64,000 nt of DNA from positions 737,459-801,458 of the forward strand of contig NW_003314309.1 in the NCBI RefSeq assembly GCF_000143415.4, given 5' to 3'. A model generated the notes under the pieces. That model saw only the letters and a program-made list of their open reading frames with translations. It ran no database searches and had not been told where the DNA came from. How positions within the stretch are numbered: position 1 is the stretch's first letter; every line of letters starts with the position of its first letter. A program made the position numbers and the translations under genes. The stretch comes from Selaginella moellendorffii (Eukaryota; Plantae; Lycopodiophyta). Shown piece after piece: positions 59,950 through 64,000 of this stretch.

Positions 59950-62900
59950 TATATGCATTCCCCCTCTTTTTTGAATGAAATATCACCTTTATACTAAAGT
60001 TACTATTTTGTAAATCCCATGTTACCACTTTGATTTTTAGGTTATTCCATTGTGGCTTTCTTTTTGCAACTTTTGTCTAAATCTCTGTCGAGCTTTGTGA
60101 ACTCTTCTAAGATGAGTAGTGCCATATCCCCATTGCAGATGAGAGTGTTTAGTGAATTGATTTTGTCAACAAATTAGCAATAGCCCAACTAACTTTCCAG
60201 CCTCTGAATGAAGTAAGTATTATTGATAAAATTTTGTCATAATCTTCTCAATCAAACACAAAAGACTTATTTATTTCAATAATCCTATTATAACTCCTTT
60301 GGTATTACAAATCCAATTCTCCCATAGTGTTTGAATGTAAATTGTTGGTAGAATATAAGCTTTTATTTAATATATTTTTGTGCAAACTAATAAAGGAGGA
60401 GGAAAGAAAAATTAACTTAAAATATTTTAATTAGTTTACCATAAAATATAAGTGCTATCTACAAGTATAAAATAAAATTTAAATCAATCACTTATGCTTT
60501 TTAATTTAAAAAAAGCTAATAAACATACTATATTTCTCATACTTAAAGTTTTTATTTCAGATGAAATAATTATTTTTAATTTTTTAATTATAGTAAGAGT
60601 TATTCAGTTTGTCTTCTATATACTAAATAGAACACTAGATTTTTAGAGATGACTATTATTTGTGAAGAGTAGAATATCATCTCTAAGTTTTTATACTAGC
60701 ATAAATTTTCACCAAACTATCTTTTACTCTACTTTATATATGCAAGCCTTTTGTTGTCAGTTATATATTTTTTTTTCTGTGAATATTATCAAACTAGAAA
60801 ATGGGCAATTGCTTGATGAGAAAGCCCTAACCACAAATCATAGTTAAAATGAAATACAAGACAAATGGGAGTTACAATAATAAAATTCATTTCCACTCTA
60901 AATTCACTCCATTAATTCACAACATAAACATTTTATAGCCACTCTATTAATCCACTTGATATCACTTCACTTTAACATCCACTTTAGCAACCACTATATA
61001 CATTACTCCACTTCTTGTACTTTAGTTTGATGACCATAGGATAGGCATCAATTATTAAAACTACAAAACACTAACCATATCTGCCACATCACTATTGCCA
61101 TTTAACATGTCAAGCTTTTAGTATTTAGTTAGGGTTTACAATTGGTGAGACTCCAGAAAAAAGACTATTACAAGATAAGAGTGTACATAGCCACACATGA
61201 GAATGAAAATGTGCTAAGAGATAAAAGATAGGCAATTTCACCATTAAAATTGGTGTGGATTGAAGTAAATTTTATTGCAACATAAGAACATCATAATACA
61301 AAGTCTTAGCTATAGAAGAATAATTGTTATGTTAACTTATATCTAACTAAGAGAGTTATCCCAAGGTGTCTCAAATTGATAATATAAAAAACCCATTGCA
61401 TTATGGTGCATTGATACTAATAGTAATTGATGTGGATTGAAGAAGATGGAAATAATTTCCAGAAAATTTTATTATAATGTGAGAATATTATAATGTAGAG
61501 TCCTATATATACTTTTAGGGAGTTGTAGAAAGTAGGATTTTGGGTTGGCTATAGAAAAATAACTGTTAAATTAACTCATATTTACCTAAGAGATTGATTC
61601 CATGGTGTCTCAAATTGATAATATCGAAAACCCCATGGCATTATGGTGTATTAATACTAATAGTAAGTGTTTATGTCTTTCTAATTATTGTTTAACAACT
61701 TAGTTTTGTGTAAGATTTTGCATTTGAATTTCTTGAGAGGTCATCTAACCTAGTATTACTTAAACCCAAGGATGTTTAACCTCAATTATCCTAAAACCCT
61801 TAATCAATTGCACTTTTGCTCATAGACCATTTCCTTCTATATTAAAACCTTTACAAATCCTTTCTCGAATCATTTCTTTTGGTTGCTTACATTTTGATTT
61901 TGGATGGCTTAATAGCCTTGGGGTCTATATTTACATGAAATTATTAACAAAAGTATATATATAAACTTACTCTTTTTATGTATATGATATTACAAGCCCT
62001 TTTAGGAACCCATTATATAATAAGTATGCTTGTGTTAATAAACGAAAAAAGGCTAATAATATATAAGTAATGCTGCTTAATAGTTTTAAAATACAACTAA
62101 ACCAAGCAAATGCATGGCAATTGGGTGGGAAAGTTCAGCAAAATCAAGACTTGATATAATCAATGTATAAAAGGGAAAAAAAAAGTTATATATGGGTCAT
62201 CCATCCATAACTAAGTGTTTTTTGTAATACATTGTAGTATAATTCTCTTTTACTAAAGAATTAAGCACTTTTAGAGGATATGGTACAAAGTCATATGGTA
62301 TTTCAATACCATATTAACTCATCAATATATGCAATGAGTGGCAAGTGTATAGATTGAACAAGGTTATTTTTATAAGCTTTTTGCAATGACTTGGAAGAGC
62401 ATATAAAGGCCTGAAATATATATATTGTGCAGATCATCACTAAAAAATATATATGTTTTAGTATAAATGTTCTAGCATGAATATTTTAACTGAAGGAATG
62501 CAAGAAGAGGTATATAAACATATATTCAATAGTTTTTAAAATTGAGTTTATGTTGCAGTGCAACGGCACTACTCACCAACAAAGACATTGTAGAAATAAT
62601 ACACAAACTTTATCACAACCCCACTCCACATAACTTTTCAAGGTTTTCATCTTGCATAGAGTGCAATAAGTGTGATTGCCAACTAGTGTTTGTTTCCAGC
62701 CATTGTTGAAACTACAAGATACAACCTACAGAACATATATGCTATTAGAATTTTATACCTTACACCTTATGCCAATTGGCTAAAGAGGTGATCACTTGCT
62801 CTTTTTTATCTTATTATCTTTAGTGCTTAACATATATCACATTTAGAATTTGATAAAAAAAAACTGATGTATCATGCAATCATGACAGAGTTGTCTTAAA

Positions 62901-64000
62901 TATATTGTGTTACTATTCTACTTAAAGAGTACTCAAGAGGCAATTAGTCCATTTACCAAAGCCTTGACAAAGCATAGACAAACTTGTTTGTTCTTGCTTG
63001 AAGCTATATAATAATCCAAAAGTTATTGTATTCATAAAAAGCTTGTATATAAATTCATATTTACCACTGAAATCCATTCAAAACTATTTAGAATTATTTT
63101 CATGACCTACCATTCTTTGCCACCTAAGTCCATTGAAAATTATATGTAAAATCACAACCTTATTTACCACTCAATGATTATCATTGTGTTTCATTATGTA
63201 CTAAAGCTTGTAGTCCAACTAGCTTTATACCTCTTGTCAAATTTAATCACCATATTATATGTAGACACCTTGGGCAACTATAGCTCCATGCACACCATAA
63301 AAGAAAATTGGAAGTGCTCTAAAGTGACTTAGTGCTAAGAAGCAAGAGCTTGTGGTGAAATGGTGGAGCTTCTAGAGCTCCTTGGTTATTATTGTGTTAA
63401 TTGAAAAAACTATCCATTTGTACACAAAAATGAAGATTATTGCCATTGCAAGTCATAAGCTATAAGCCAATATGTGATTGTGAATTTGCCCAAAATCCTA
63501 CTGTAGAAAATTATTTAAAATTTTATCAAGAACTACAAGCTACTACATACTCTCCATCTATTCTGTAATATTGGACACATAACATGCTAAAGCCTTTACA
63601 TAAAGTTGTGGCAATGGACTGCAATTCCATGAATAACACCTCATAAACATTACTTTGAATAGTTTGCTCTAGAGTGTCTTGGTAGTATGTGACCAGTTCA
63701 ATCATCTCAAGAATATCCTTGTATGTGCATAAAGTGTCACTTTCCTTTGGATACTTCAGGTTGTCCTACTGATGCTCAACATCACTCCTATTATGCAAGA
63801 AGTCCAACTATGTGGCACATAGAGCTACAGGTCCCTCTCAAAAATCATCCATTAGGCCTCAAGGATATCTTTCTTTGTGAGGCACTCATTGCAAATGAAA
63901 TGTAGTATTATAACTGTATAAGGGCAATTAACGTGGATGCTCGATGCAAATATATAAAACATGAGAATGCCAAGAAAGACTTATGATATAGTTTGATCAA
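59950..64000. other. AT-rich, CpG-poor gene-free region, probably decayed transposon or pseudogene DNA
   Basis: No long ORFs, very few CG dinucleotides, internal direct repeats; sharp compositional switch from the gene-dense region. Confidence 0.55.
61309..61666. repeat. Diverged ~118-bp direct repeat pair (offset ~239 bp) in an AT-rich degenerate region
   Basis: GCTATAGAAGAATAATTG...GGTGTCTCAAATTGATAATAT...CATTATGGTG...TACTAATAGTAA at ~61309-61426 and ~61548-61666. Confidence 0.75.

Noticed and set aside
59956-59972. Polypurine tract AAAAAAGAGGGGGAA followed by TG on the minus strand (possible LTR boundary)
   Set aside because: No second LTR, PBS or gag/pol remnant is identifiable, so an LTR element cannot be supported.

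Overview
Gene-dense eukaryotic nuclear DNA from a non-seed land plant. Very short GT-AG introns (about 50-60 nt), tiny intergenic gaps and repeated intronless PLS-type PPR genes point to the lycophyte Selaginella (inference; not confirmed by search). I can support 23 protein-coding genes, in order: CYP74 (5'-truncated by the window edge), TBP with a Gln-rich N-extension, BiP and GRP94 head-to-head, a PLS-E PPR, a TPR protein, SABRE/BLTP2, RPL8, a PPR-DYW, an orphan 145-aa NLS protein, a TIR1/AFB auxin receptor, an O-methyltransferase, a second PLS-E PPR, an F-box protein, a CREST-like membrane protein, a lipoxygenase, an EF-hand lysophospholipid acyltransferase, an LEA_2/NHL protein, an LCR-like F-box, KOBITO1, an OSD1/UVI4-like small protein, an F-box with an animal-type FBA domain, a RING-H2 E3 and a DUF1223 thioredoxin-fold protein. 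AT-rich repeat-derived islands lie at about 24.3-26.5, 41.8-42.5 and 60-64 kb. The best leads are the BiP/GRP94 bidirectional ER-stress promoter, a possible membrane-lipid/oxylipin neighbourhood (CREST-LOX-LPEAT2 plus CYP74 and OMT), the metazoan-like FBA F-box and Gln-rich TBP, a miR394-like site in the LCR-like gene, and a four-armed foldback element. Exon boundaries were read by eye; no database searches were run.
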